Of a stretch of 64,000 nucleotides of DNA, positions 36,618 to 47,343 are shown in pieces. Each line of letters starts with the position of its first letter. The stretch's first letter is position 1. The DNA is from Planctomycetota bacterium (GTDB lineage: Bacteria; Planctomycetota; UBA8108; SXIK01): contig CBDCXR010000004.1 of assembly GCA_965223845.1 (NCBI GenBank), forward strand, positions 7,360,001 through 7,424,000, given 5' to 3'. The position numbers were made by a program, and so were the translations under genes. The notes below the pieces were generated by a model. That model was not told where the DNA came from. It searched no databases and was given only the letters and a program-made list of their open reading frames with translations.

Positions 36618-39600
36618 TCTTGTCGATCGGCTCGTCGCGGTTACGGCGATCGGCGTGTTCCTCGGTTTCGCCGGTGTGCCCGTCGCGAGCGCCTCGGACT
36701 TCCGAGTCGGAACCGCGCGCGTCGATGTCACCCCGACCGAGCCGCTCTACCTCGGCGGACACTCCGAACGGGAGATCGAGTTCGAGGGCATCGACAGTGA
36801 GCTCGCCGTGCGAGCGCTCGCGATCGAGGATCCATCCCGACGCGTGAGCGTGATCGTCTCGGTCGAGACCCTCGAGGTTCCCGCCTCGGTGCGCGAACGC
36901 ATTTGCGGATCGATACGCGGTTCGCTCGGAATCTATCGCGCGCGGGTCGCCGTGACCGCGACCGGGACGCACTCGGCGCCGCTTCTCGACGGCGTGCAGC
37001 CGCTCCCCGTCGAGTGGACGCCGCTTGCGCGCGAACGGCGCGCTCGGTACACGCGTCGCGTGACGCAGGCGGCGGTCGAGGCGGTTCGTTCAGCGGTCGA
37101 CGGACTCGCTCCCGCGTCGCTCGGCTGGACCTCGACTCCGTTCCGGCTCGAGACGGAATCGCCCTCCGGGAAAAACGTCGACCGTACGATTCGGTGTCTC
37201 GTTGCTCGATCGTCCGACCAGACGGTTCGCGCGCTTCTCTTCGCGAGCCCGATCTCTCCGCGAACGGCGCGTCCCGAGCGAAACCGCGTGAGCGGCGATT
37301 GGCCGGGCTCGGCGGCGCGGGCGCTCGAGGCGGAGCTCTCCGGCGCGATCGCGCTTCCGCTCGCGAGCTTCGATTCTCAGCCGGTCCCGGCCGCCGACCC
37401 GAGCGGGACATCCCCTCGAATTCTCGGTCGCTCGGTAGCAGCTGCCGTTTCGCTCGCGCTCGGCCGAGCGCGAGCGGACGGAGTGACGGCGATCGCGGGC
37501 GATCTCGACGCGCAGTTTGAGTACGTTCCGCTTCCCTTGGCCCCGCCGTCCACCGAGACGATGGCGGGGCCCGCGCAGCTCTGGGCGTTCGGAAACGGTC
37601 TTCGGCTCGTCTTTGTCGCGGGCGAGCACGCAAGGGAGACGGAGGCTGTTCTTCGCGATGCCGCCGGTGCGTCGGGGGCGTGGATCGTCACGCGCGCGAA
37701 TGCGGCGCTGGGAGCGATTCCACGCCCGGAAGCGGCCGAACGAGAAGGCGCCGCTCTGCCCGAGGGCCAAATCGGATCCGACCATCCCGCGCGGTGGTCG
37801 AAAGACGCGATCCCGACGCTCGCGCGCGCACTGACGCGGCTCGCGGAGAACGTCGGTCGCTCGCGCGTGAAACCACCGCCCGCGCTGTCGCCCGCGGAGG
37901 GTCTCGCGTCGCTCGAGACGCTCGACGGGCTCACCGTCGAACTCGTTGCGAGCGAGCCCGAGGTCGTCGATCCCGTCGCGATCGCATTCGACGCGGAGCT
38001 CCGCCTCTACGCGTGCGAAATGCGGGACTATCCGCTCGGTCCGGGCGACGGCCTCCCGGCCGATGGGCGAGTGCGGCGACTGCTCGACCGCGATCGCGAT
38101 GGCCGGTACGAGGAGTCGACGATCTTCGCCGACAAGGTGCCCTACGCCAACGGGATCGCTTGCTGGCAGGGCGGAGTCTTCGTCACGGCGGAAACGCAGA
38201 TTCTCTACCTCTCGGATTCGACCGGAGACGGGAGCGCCGACGTGCGGCGTGTCGTCGTCGACGGATTCAAGACCGGCAACTCGCAGCACCTTCTCAACAC
38301 TCTCGTTTGGGGTCCCGACCACCGTCTCTACGGTCTCGCGGGGGACGGCGGTTCGGTCCGCATCCCTTTCTTCCCCGATCGACCGCCGGTGAAGCTCGGC
38401 TGGACGAGCTTTCGTTTTGACCCTCGGACGGCGACGGTCGAGCCGGTGACGGGCGGGCGCGGCGGGTACGGAATCGCGTTCACGAAGTGGGGGAGTCGCT
38501 TCGTGTGCAGCAGCACGCGGCACGCGATCCACGTAGTCACCGAGGAGCGGTACCTCGATCGGACTCCGGGCGCACCGGCGCCCGACGTCCATCGCTTCGT
38601 GGCGAGCGATCGCCGCGTCGTGCCGGCGTCGCCGCGTCTCGAACGCTTCAACGATCCTTTCGACGTCGGAATGTTCTCGTCCGCGTGCGGCGTCCACATC
38701 TACGACGGAGACGCACTCCCCGAATCGTCGCGCGGGGGGTTCTTCGTGTGCGAGCCGGTGAGCAATCTCGTCCACCGCGCCGTGCTTCGTCCGCGCGGGG
38801 CGACGTTCACCGTCGAGCGAGTCGAGCCGAACCGCGAGTTCCTCGCGTCGACCGATCCGTGGTTTCGACCCGTGTCGTGTACGAGCGGCCCCGATGGCGC
38901 GCTCTACGTCGTCGACATGTACCGCGAGGTGATCGAGCACCCCGAGTGGATCCCGGCGGACGTGCAGCGCGAGTTCGACCTTCGCAGCGGCATGGATCGC
39001 GGCCGAATCTACCGAGTCTACCGGACGGACGAAAACGTCGCGGCGACCCCCCTTCGCGCGCAGAGGGTCGAAGAGCTAGCGCGCGAGCTTTCGAGTCGAA
39101 TCCGCTGGCGACGCGAGACCGCGGCGCGAAAGTTTCTCGAGCGCTCGGGGTCTGAGCACGAGGTCGAGGCGCTCGAACGAGAGCTCCGGTCTTCACCGGA
39201 TCCGCGGGCGCGCCGCGCCGCGCTCTACGTCCTCGAGGGACGCTCGGAGCTCGACGCGGGAGCGCTCGGGATCGCTCTCCGTGATCCGTCCGCGATCGTC
39301 CGCCGATCGGCCGTCCAGATCGCGGAGCGCGAATGGAAGGGCGACGCGCGCGATCGCACCGCGTCCGAGATCATTGCGCGTGCGATCGCCGCGATCGCGG
39401 AAGATCCGGAGCCGCAGATCCGCTTTCAAGTCGCCCTCAGTCTCGGTGACGCGCCGACGAAGTTTCGCCGTGATCCGCTCCGAAGAATCCTCGCGATCGA
39501 CGCCGGCGACGAGTGGACGCGCGCGGCTGTGCTCCAGTCCTGGCCCGGCGACGTCGCCCCACTCGCCGCGGTCGCGCTCGAGCGAATGAAGAACGGAATC

Positions 39601-40752
39601 GACGGCGGCGGGTCGCTCCTCCGCGACGTCGCGGCGCTCGCAGCGCATCGCGGAGATCGGGCGGACTCGAGGGCACTCCTCCAACTGCTCGCGAACGCGC
39701 CGTCCGGCGTCGATCGAGACGACGCGCTCGAAGTGGTGCTCGGGTCGAGCGGAGTCGACATCTCCCGCCTCTTCCCCGCGGAGAGTCCGACCGCCGTTCG
39801 CATCGCTGCGATCCTCGATGCGAAGGCCGAGGTCGCCGACGATCCCGATCTCCCCGCGGCGGAGCGTGCGCGCGCGCTCGGGTTCGTCGCGCTAGGACGC
39901 GGTGCGGCTGCCGTGGACCGTCTCGAACGCTTTCTCGACGCGCGCCAACCGAGGGAGCTGCAGCGAGCGGCCGTGAACGCGCTCGGTCGTGTTTCGGGCG
40001 AGGCGCGCGCGCGGGTTACGGCGGTCTTTCTCGCGCTCCGAGGCACACTCACACCGGAGATTCGCGCGGCGGCCTTCGACGTGCTTCTCGCTGATCGAGA
40101 GCGCGTCGCCGCCGTCGTCGACGCCCTCGAACGCGGCGATCTCTCGCTCGCCGAGCTGGGCGTTCGCAATCGCCAGCGTCTCGGGCAGACGCCGGATGAC
40201 GAGCTGCGGGCGCGTGTGAGCGCGCTCGTCGAGCGTTCGGGCGAGCGAGCGGCGCGCGAGGAAGTCGTCGAGCGCTATCGACGAGCCATCACGGCGCTGG
40301 ACACTCGGCCCGGGGACCGTGCGCGCGGCGCGGAGTTCTTCAGGGCGAAGTGTTCCACTTGCCATCTGCGCGGGGGCGTCGGCGAAGCTGTCGGCCCGGA
40401 TCTCGACGGCACCCATCAGAAATCGATCGACGCCCTCCTCATCGACATTCTGGATCCGAATCGAGGAGCCGAAGCACGCTACGCGGGCTACTCGGTCGCG
40501 ACGGCGAACGGCGACATCGTGAGCGGCCTTCTCCTCGCGGAGACTCCCGCCGCGATCATCGTGCGAAGTCCCGGGGGCGACACGCACCGCATTTCGCGCG
40601 CTGACGTCGAGGATCTTTCGAGCACGGGAATGAGCCTCATGCCGGAAGGGCTCGAAGAGGAGCTCGCGCCGCGCGACGTTCGGGATGTGATCGAGTTCTT
40701 GCGTGGACCGGTCAGCGAATCGGGTCGTCCCGGCGCGCCGAATCGCCCGTGA
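36523..40752 (+). CDS. PVC-type heme-binding CxxCH membrane-bound dehydrogenase with an N-terminal ceramidase-like domain
   Basis: RVGTARVDVTP ceramidase-like start, EPEVVDPVA beta-propeller, WFRPV...GPDGALYVVDMYR, HEAT repeats, CSTCH, SLMPEGLE. Start uncertain. Confidence 0.85.
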   Translation: MIVETLLRALRAPVQILFVFLRGSSRSSCAISLVDRLVAVTAIGVFLGFAGVPVASASDFRVGTARVDVTPTEPLYLGGHSEREIEFEGIDSELAVRALAIEDPSRRVSVIVSVETLEVPASVRERICGSIRGSLGIYRARVAVTATGTHSAPLLDGVQPLPVEWTPLARERRARYTRRVTQAAVEAVRSAVDGLAPASLGWTSTPFRLETESPSGKNVDRTIRCLVARSSDQTVRALLFASPISPRTARPERNRVSGDWPGSAARALEAELSGAIALPLASFDSQPVPAADPSGTSPRILGRSVAAAVSLALGRARADGVTAIAGDLDAQFEYVPLPLAPPSTETMAGPAQLWAFGNGLRLVFVAGEHARETEAVLRDAAGASGAWIVTRANAALGAIPRPEAAEREGAALPEGQIGSDHPARWSKDAIPTLARALTRLAENVGRSRVKPPPALSPAEGLASLETLDGLTVELVASEPEVVDPVAIAFDAELRLYACEMRDYPLGPGDGLPADGRVRRLLDRDRDGRYEESTIFADKVPYANGIACWQGGVFVTAETQILYLSDSTGDGSADVRRVVVDGFKTGNSQHLLNTLVWGPDHRLYGLAGDGGSVRIPFFPDRPPVKLGWTSFRFDPRTATVEPVTGGRGGYGIAFTKWGSRFVCSSTRHAIHVVTEERYLDRTPGAPAPDVHRFVASDRRVVPASPRLERFNDPFDVGMFSSACGVHIYDGDALPESSRGGFFVCEPVSNLVHRAVLRPRGATFTVERVEPNREFLASTDPWFRPVSCTSGPDGALYVVDMYREVIEHPEWIPADVQREFDLRSGMDRGRIYRVYRTDENVAATPLRAQRVEELARELSSRIRWRRETAARKFLERSGSEHEVEALERELRSSPDPRARRAALYVLEGRSELDAGALGIALRDPSAIVRRSAVQIAEREWKGDARDRTASEIIARAIAAIAEDPEPQIRFQVALSLGDAPTKFRRDPLRRILAIDAGDEWTRAAVLQSWPGDVAPLAAVALERMKNGIDGGGSLLRDVAALAAHRGDRADSRALLQLLANAPSGVDRDDALEVVLGSSGVDISRLFPAESPTAVRIAAILDAKAEVADDPDLPAAERARALGFVALGRGAAAVDRLERFLDARQPRELQRAAVNALGRVSGEARARVTAVFLALRGTLTPEIRAAAFDVLLADRERVAAVVDALERGDLSLAELGVRNRQRLGQTPDDELRARVSALVERSGERAAREEVVERYRRAITALDTRPGDRARGAEFFRAKCSTCHLRGGVGEAVGPDLDGTHQKSIDALLIDILDPNRGAEARYAGYSVATANGDIVSGLLLAETPAAIIVRSPGGDTHRISRADVEDLSSTGMSLMPEGLEEELAPRDVRDVIEFLRGPVSESGRPGAPNRP

Positions 40753-40837
40753 ATCTTCGCGACTCACTGCGGTTGGAACGATGGGTGGGAACGTTTCCCG
40801 CTCGTTCCGCCGTCCCGAGCCGGAAGGAGGATTCACA

Positions 40838-41200
40838 GTGTACGCAATCTGGACATACTCGGCTTACCTCGTCATCAGCATCGGACTCACCATCTGGGTC
40901 GTGCGTACGCTTCACCGAAACGGTCACGTGTTCCTTCTCAAGTCGCTCGGCAGCGAAGATCTCGCGGCCTCGGTGAATCATCTGCTCGTCGTCGGCTTCT
41001 ATCTCCTCAACATCGGATTCGTCGCGCTCGCGCTCGAGTACGGGGTGAAGCCGACCGACGTCGCGGAGTCGATCGAGTTCGTGAGCACGAAGGTCGGCTG
41101 GGTTCTCGTCGTGCTCGGCGCGATTCACTTCGCCAACCTGTGGATCTTCGCCAAGCTGATGCGGCGTTCGCGCGAAAACGCGGCCGCGGCGGCGGCCTAG
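40838..41200 (+). CDS. Small integral membrane protein
   Basis: GTG after AAGGAGG. Three TM helices; SVNHLLVVGFYLLNIG. Confidence 0.8.
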   Translation: MYAIWTYSAYLVISIGLTIWVVRTLHRNGHVFLLKSLGSEDLAASVNHLLVVGFYLLNIGFVALALEYGVKPTDVAESIEFVSTKVGWVLVVLGAIHFANLWIFAKLMRRSRENAAAAAA

Positions 41201-41430
41201 GTCGACTCTCGACGCAGCGCTCGGCTCTACCGCCGGGCGCGCTCGACTCGCGCCCGCGACCGTTGGCCGGGCCCGCCCACGTCCCAGGCCCAGCCAAAGT
41301 CGCGGAAAATTCCCCAGTTCGGATCTGAGTACGGTGGGAGTGAGTGCGCTCATGAACACGCGGGAGTCCGCTTTCGTTTCCTCGGTTTCCCCGGTCGCGA
41401 GATTCTTCGCGCGATCGATATAATTCGTTC

Positions 41431-43320
41431 ATGAGGTCCAACGGATTCGAGCCCGGGAAGCTGCATCGACTCATCGACTCGCTGGATGCGATTCGAACGA
41501 GCGCGTGCTGGCTCGAACGAGAGTTCGACGATCGCCTGGCGAAGATCCCGGGTCCGCGCCGGGAAAGCGCCCGGAATCTTCTCCACTACCTCGCGCTTCG
41601 CCGGCGCGATCTCCGCGATCTCCAGCGCGAGCTCGCGTCGATTGGCCTCTCGTCGATGGGCCGCGCGGAAGCTCATGTGCTCGGAACCATCGATCCGGTG
41701 ATGGGCGTCCTCCACGGACTCGCGGGGCGATCGTTCCGCCCTGAGCATCACGCCGATCCGCTCAGCATCGAGGAGGGCCGCCGGCGGCTCGTCTCGAACA
41801 CGGACTCGCTGCTGGGTTCGTCACTTCACTTGAGTCCGCCGGGGAGCGATGGCGCGACGCCGATTCGCGTGATGGTGACGATGCCGTCGACGGCGGCCGA
41901 AGACTATCCACTCGTTCGGGATCTCGTTGCCGCCGGGATGAATTGCATGCGCGTCAACTGTGCGCACGACGACGCGCTCGCGTGGTCGATGATGACGGCG
42001 CACCTCAGGCGGGCGAGCGAAGAGGTGGGGGCGAGCTGTCGTCTCTTCATGGACCTCGGTGGGCCGAAGCTGCGAACGGGACCGATCGAGCCGGGTCCGC
42101 GCGTCCTTCACTGGTCGCCGCGGACGGACGTTCGGGGAGCGGTCGTGGCGCCCGCACTCCTCTGGCTGACTCCGTTCGATCGTCCCGAGATCTGCGAGAT
42201 CCGCGGCGCGAAGATGCTCCCGCTCGACCGGAGCGTGCTCGACTCGCTCCGCGCCGGCGACCGTCTCGAGTTCCGCGATTTGCGCGACCGCCCGCGATCG
42301 ATGCGGATTCGGGAGCGCGTGGACGCGTCGTGGATCGCTGAGTCCCACGAAGAGTCGTACCTCGGACCGGCGACGCCGCTCCGAGTCCACCGCGAGTCCG
42401 GTGGCAGCGCGCCGAGCGAATTCTTCGCTGACGCTCTCCTTCCGACGAGTCAGGCGCTCTCCCTCATGGCAGGAGATCGCCTCGTTCTCACGGCGGACCA
42501 GGAGCCGCAGCGGCCCGTCGACCGCGACTCCGAGGGGCGTCTTCTCGGCGAAGCGCGAATCGGTTGCACGATTCCGCAGGTGTTCTCGGCGGTGAACCCG
42601 GGCGAGCGCATCTTCTTCGACGACGGGAAGTTCGCTGGCGTCGTCGTCGAAACGGCCAAAGACGAGATTCTTCTCGAGATCACTCACCCTGCTCTCCCGA
42701 AGAGCCTCCGCGCGGAGAAGGGAATCAACTTCCCGGACACGGATCTCGATCTTCCGGCGCTCACCGAGAAGGATCTCGAAGACCTCGACTTCATCGTCGA
42801 CCACGCCGATATCGTCGGTTTGTCGTTCGTCAACCGTCCCGAGGATGTCGAAGAGCTGCGCCGCGAGCTGGCTCGACGCGGGCGCGGTGACCTCGCCATC
42901 GTGCTCAAGATCGAAACCGAACGCGGCTTTCGCGCGCTCCCGATGCTGCTTCTCGCGGCGCTCCAGTCCGAGTGCGCCGGCGTGATGGTCGCGCGCGGCG
43001 ACCTCGCGGTCGAGTGCGGGTTCGAGCGTCTCGCCGAGATCCAGGAGGAGATCCTCTGGGTGTGTGAGGCGGCTCACGTGCCCGTGATTTGGGCGACGCA
43101 GGTTCTGGATCGCCTCAGCAAGAAAGGCATCCCCACGCGCGCCGAAGTCACCGACGCGGCGATGAGCGAGCGTGCGGAGTGCGTCATGCTGAATAAGGGT
43201 CCGCACATCGTCGAATCCGTGCGGCTCCTCCGCGACATCACCTCGCGGATGCGCGGCCACCAGGAGAAGAAGATGTCCTGGCTCCGGGCGCTCCGCATCT
43301 CGGACGAGTTCGACCGCTAG
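41431..43320 (+). CDS. pyk: Pyruvate kinase (long variant)
   Basis: RVNCAHD, DLGGPKLRTG, KGINFPD, LKIET, VARGDL, WATQVL, TRAEVTD. Confidence 0.9.
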   Translation: MRSNGFEPGKLHRLIDSLDAIRTSACWLEREFDDRLAKIPGPRRESARNLLHYLALRRRDLRDLQRELASIGLSSMGRAEAHVLGTIDPVMGVLHGLAGRSFRPEHHADPLSIEEGRRRLVSNTDSLLGSSLHLSPPGSDGATPIRVMVTMPSTAAEDYPLVRDLVAAGMNCMRVNCAHDDALAWSMMTAHLRRASEEVGASCRLFMDLGGPKLRTGPIEPGPRVLHWSPRTDVRGAVVAPALLWLTPFDRPEICEIRGAKMLPLDRSVLDSLRAGDRLEFRDLRDRPRSMRIRERVDASWIAESHEESYLGPATPLRVHRESGGSAPSEFFADALLPTSQALSLMAGDRLVLTADQEPQRPVDRDSEGRLLGEARIGCTIPQVFSAVNPGERIFFDDGKFAGVVVETAKDEILLEITHPALPKSLRAEKGINFPDTDLDLPALTEKDLEDLDFIVDHADIVGLSFVNRPEDVEELRRELARRGRGDLAIVLKIETERGFRALPMLLLAALQSECAGVMVARGDLAVECGFERLAEIQEEILWVCEAAHVPVIWATQVLDRLSKKGIPTRAEVTDAAMSERAECVMLNKGPHIVESVRLLRDITSRMRGHQEKKMSWLRALRISDEFDR

Positions 43321-43730
43321 GTCTGCCGCCCGGGGTCAGTACTCGCGCGTGACGGCAGTCGAGGTCGGAGTTTCCGGCCCACGTACGTCCCCGTTCGCGT
43401 CCCGGTTCCCGAACGGGCGCGACTCAGATCGACTCGTTCGCGAACGGCGACGAGGTCGGTCGGCGCACCGCCGCGCGACGAACGGCGCGAGACCTCTTCC
43501 GTGGCGCCCTGACACATAGTGCGCAGGCGTGTGCACGGAGTGTCCGCCGCCCGATGCCCGCGACCGATCGCCGGGCTGAACGAACGGCGCTTACTCTCTA
43601 CTCTGCAGCGAGTTATCGAAGAGTCGGGCGAGTTGGCGAGCCCCTTGCTTTTCGCGGATCCGATGTTGAGTCGCGCCGCCGAGTGGGCGGCACGAACGGA
43701 CTGCCGGAACCGAGATCAGGAGGTAGCGCC

Positions 43731-46007
43731 ATGAGAGCTTTCCCGTCCTTCCTCACGGTACTCACGCTCGCGGTCGGCGTCGGAGTCGTTCCCGCGGACG
43801 TGGCCGTCGCCGAGTACGTCACGCTCGAAGGAACCGAGATCACGCAGGGGCAGATGCGCATTCCGGAGGCGGAGCGGAGCCGCATCGAGAACGAGCGCGG
43901 CGAAGCGACGATCGTTCCCCGCCCTGATGCGGATCGCATGGTCCTCAAGGAGACTCGCGTCTCTGCGGAGATTTCCGGCGTCCTCGCGCGCGTGCGCGTC
44001 GCACAGGTGTTTCAGAATCCGTATCCCGATCGCCTTGAAGCGCTGTACGTATTCCCGCTTCCCGAGGACGCGGCCGTCGACGGCTATTCGTTCGAATTCG
44101 ACGAGACCGTCGTCGAGGGAGTCGTGAAGAAGAAGGCCGAGGCGCGTCGCGAGTACGAGCGGGCGCGCGACGAGGGGCGGAAAGGCGCTCTCCTCGAAGA
44201 GGAGCGCGACAATGTGTTCTCGCAGTCGGTAGCGAACATTCCGCCGAACGGAGAGATCGTCGTACGCATCGAGTACGTCCACCCCGTTCGCATCGACGGC
44301 ACGAGCTGCACGTTCCGCTTTCCGACGGTCGTTGCGCCGCGCTACACGCCGGGAGCGCCGGTGGCGCGTCCGAACGTCGGTCGCGGGTGGAGTCGAGACA
44401 CGGACCAGGTGCCCGATGCCTCGCGCATCAGTCCGCCGATTCTCCCGGCGGGGATGCGACTCGGAAATGACGTCTTCATCGAGCTTTCGATCGATGCGGG
44501 AATGCCGATCCAGGGAGTTACGGCGGTCACCCACGAGCTCGACGTCCAGCGGACGACCGAAACCACGGTGGGCGTGAGACTCAAGAACGGCCCGACGATC
44601 GCGAACAAGGACTTCGTCGTCGAGTACGAGATTGCAGGAGAGCATTCGGTGCTCGCGTCCCTCGTTCACCGACCCAAGGACTCGCCCCACGGTTACGTCG
44701 CTCTTCTCCTTCAGCCCAAGCGGGACGTTGCCGAGGCCGAGCTCACTCCGCGCGAGGTCGTCTTCGTCCTCGACCGGAGTGGATCGATGCGCGGTGCGCC
44801 AATCAGCCAGCTTCGGATCCTCGCGCAGCACATGCTCGCGGCGCTCAATCCTCAAGATGCGTTTCGCATCGTCGCGTTCAGCAGCGAGACGAGGGAGTTC
44901 CATCCCGACGCACTGGCGGCGACGCCCGAGAATATCGCCGCCGCCCAGCAGTTCGTGCGCGGACTCCGGAGCGGAAGTGGCACGGAGATGCTTCCCGCGC
45001 TCAAGGCCGCGCTCAAGTCCGGTCGCGGAGAAGAGGCTCGCCCTCGCTATCTCGTCCTCCTCAGCGACGCGCTCGTCGGAAACGACGACCGAATTCTCGG
45101 CTATCTCAACAAACGCGTGTTCGATAACACCCGCGTCTTCCCGGTCGCCATCGGCGCGGCGCCGAACGATTATCTGATCCGGCGCGCCGCAGAAATCGGA
45201 CGCGGATTCTCGATGTACGTGACGAATTCGGACAACGCCGTCGAGATGGCGAAACGGTTCAATCAAAAGACGTCGACGCCGTACATGACTGATCTCGAGC
45301 TCGACTGGGGCGAGCTCGACGTCGAGCTCGTCTCGCCGGACCCGCTGCCGGACCTTCACGCGGACGAACCGCTTCTCGTCACCGCCCGTTACGCGAAGAG
45401 TGGCCGATCCAAGATCGGTCTCCGGGGCAATCTCGCCGGACGCAAGGTCGAACTCGAGCTCGAACTCGAGCTTCCCGCGGAAGCCGCGCAGCATGACTCG
45501 CTGGGTTCGATTTGGGCGCGTCGCCGCATCGCGCAGATTTGGAACCGCAACCTCGGGAACGAAACGAGCAAGGCGGAGGATGAGATCACGCGCCTCGGGG
45601 TCGAGCACCAACTCGTCACGCGCTACACCTCGTTCGTCGCGGTCGAGAAGGAACGATCGGGCGACGCGGGTGGACGCCTCACCACGGAGTCCGTTCCGGT
45701 CCTCCTTCCCGAAGGCATGGGCGAAGGAGTGGCGGCGGCTCCCGCCGGTTCGCCGCAGGTCGCGCCGCCGGCCGGCTCGCCGTCGTCCCCGGCGCCTCCT
45801 CCCTCTCGCGTGCGTCCGGCAAACGCGAGCACTCCGCCGACCGTCGTCGCGAGGCCGCCCGCGCCGCGGCCATCCGCGCCCGTCCGGTCGCGACCCCGAG
45901 GCGGCTACGGCGGATCGGTCGAGTGGGTGTTTCTGCTCGGTCTCGCACTTCTGTGCGGAGCCCGCGCGCTACGTTCTCCGGGGCGGAAGCGGGCGGTAGG
46001 AGCCTAA
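43731..46007 (+). CDS. VIT + vWA domain protein with a C-terminal GlyGly-CTERM sorting signal
   Basis: Signal peptide, VIT (YVFPLP..AAV), vWA MIDAS DRSGSM, Pro-rich linker, then GGYGGS-TM-RSPGRKR. Confidence 0.9.
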   Translation: MRAFPSFLTVLTLAVGVGVVPADVAVAEYVTLEGTEITQGQMRIPEAERSRIENERGEATIVPRPDADRMVLKETRVSAEISGVLARVRVAQVFQNPYPDRLEALYVFPLPEDAAVDGYSFEFDETVVEGVVKKKAEARREYERARDEGRKGALLEEERDNVFSQSVANIPPNGEIVVRIEYVHPVRIDGTSCTFRFPTVVAPRYTPGAPVARPNVGRGWSRDTDQVPDASRISPPILPAGMRLGNDVFIELSIDAGMPIQGVTAVTHELDVQRTTETTVGVRLKNGPTIANKDFVVEYEIAGEHSVLASLVHRPKDSPHGYVALLLQPKRDVAEAELTPREVVFVLDRSGSMRGAPISQLRILAQHMLAALNPQDAFRIVAFSSETREFHPDALAATPENIAAAQQFVRGLRSGSGTEMLPALKAALKSGRGEEARPRYLVLLSDALVGNDDRILGYLNKRVFDNTRVFPVAIGAAPNDYLIRRAAEIGRGFSMYVTNSDNAVEMAKRFNQKTSTPYMTDLELDWGELDVELVSPDPLPDLHADEPLLVTARYAKSGRSKIGLRGNLAGRKVELELELELPAEAAQHDSLGSIWARRRIAQIWNRNLGNETSKAEDEITRLGVEHQLVTRYTSFVAVEKERSGDAGGRLTTESVPVLLPEGMGEGVAAAPAGSPQVAPPAGSPSSPAPPPSRVRPANASTPPTVVARPPAPRPSAPVRSRPRGGYGGSVEWVFLLGLALLCGARALRSPGRKRAVGA

Positions 46008-46168
46008 GAGGCTGTTTCAAAACTCCATCCTGGCTTCGGCAGGCCTTGTCGGGTCCTCGCTTCGTCGACTCGCCATCGACGATCGACTCCGATCGCCGAG
46101 TTCTCGCTCCTCGCGAGGATCCGACACGCTCGGCCTCGGGCCGACGGAGCGAGTTCTGAAACAGCCTC
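46008..46168. mobile_element. MITE-like element with 18-bp terminal inverted repeats
   Basis: GAGGCTGTTTCAAAACTC (46008-46025) versus GAGTTCTGAAACAGCCTC (46151-46168), 17/18 match, plus an internal ~14-bp stem. Confidence 0.65.
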
Positions 46169-46292
46169 GACATCGGACGTCCCTCACGGCGATCGGTGAC
46201 ATCGTTTCGCTGATCGCCGTGAGGACCGAAGCCTTCGCTACTTCGAGACCCGTTGCGCACATCGGGTTGCGCACATCGGAGCGTACCGAATC

Positions 46293-46976
46293 ATGTTCCT
46301 TCGCTTCGCCCCTTGGACGCTGTTCCTCGCCACCGCCCTGGTCGCCGTTCACTTTGTCCCGGCGATCGCGAGTGCACCCGCGTTCGCTCGCGAGCTGCCG
46401 CGAGCACTCGAGTTCGATCGTTCCGCGATCCTCGCCGGCGACGCTTGGCGGATCTGGACCGGGAACGTCGTTCACTGGAGCGGGGAGCACCTCGCACTCG
46501 ACGTCGGCGCGTTCCTCGTCGTCGGGCTTCTCTTCGAGCGCGCGATCGGACGAGCCTACCCGTGGGTGCTCCTCGCGAGCGCGACTGCCGTCGGCGGCGC
46601 GGTTCTCGTGTTCGGCACGGAGGTGAACGTCTACCGCGGTCTTTCGGGTGTCGCGAGTGGTCAGTTTGCAATCGCCGTACTGTTCGAGCTCCGGCGTGCG
46701 CGTTCGCGAGAGCAGCTGGCCCTTTCGATCGGTGGCGTTCTACTCCTAGCCGCAAAGCTCGCCTACGAAGGCCTCACTGGGCACATGATGTTCGGCACGG
46801 AGGCGCTCGGCGACATCGGAGTTCCGCTCCCGCTAGCGCACATCGCCGGGACGGTCGGAGCGGTGGCCGTCGTGTTTGCGATGTTCGCGCTTCGCAGCTC
46901 GGACGAAGCTCGTCGAACTCCCGTACCCCGGCTCGGGTTGGAGCTCGCTGATTCGGGTCGGGCTCGCGCTGAGTAG
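46293..46976 (+). CDS. Rhombosortase (rhomboid family protease)
   Basis: WRIWTG..VHW...HL, catalytic YRGLSG and AHIAG. Lies directly after a GlyGly-CTERM gene. Confidence 0.88.
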   Translation: MFLRFAPWTLFLATALVAVHFVPAIASAPAFARELPRALEFDRSAILAGDAWRIWTGNVVHWSGEHLALDVGAFLVVGLLFERAIGRAYPWVLLASATAVGGAVLVFGTEVNVYRGLSGVASGQFAIAVLFELRRARSREQLALSIGGVLLLAAKLAYEGLTGHMMFGTEALGDIGVPLPLAHIAGTVGAVAVVFAMFALRSSDEARRTPVPRLGLELADSGRARAE

Positions 46977-47343
46977 CGTACGCCGGCGGATTCGCGGTAA
47001 CCGAATCTGCGTCGCCGGCGAATCTACAACCGTGGACCGGTCTTCGTTTGCCGTTTGCTGCGGCTCGGTGGTTTTCCCGTTCGGATTCACGCTGTCCAAG
47101 GGTGAGACACGAGCGGGAACGCCCCGTGGTGGTGCTTCCGACGAAACCGGCGGTTCGTCCTTCGCGACTGGGCGCGGAGGGGCCGCGAGCGTCGACTGGC
47201 ACACCGCTCGCACTCCGATTTCCCTCGGTCCACCCACTCGAGCTCGCGTCCGGTCCTCTGCGCGCGATCGTGGCGTCAGCGGGTCGGTCCCGATGGTTTC
47301 GAAGCGTGCACCCGAGCTTACTCCCAGATCGAGCGAGAAACGA

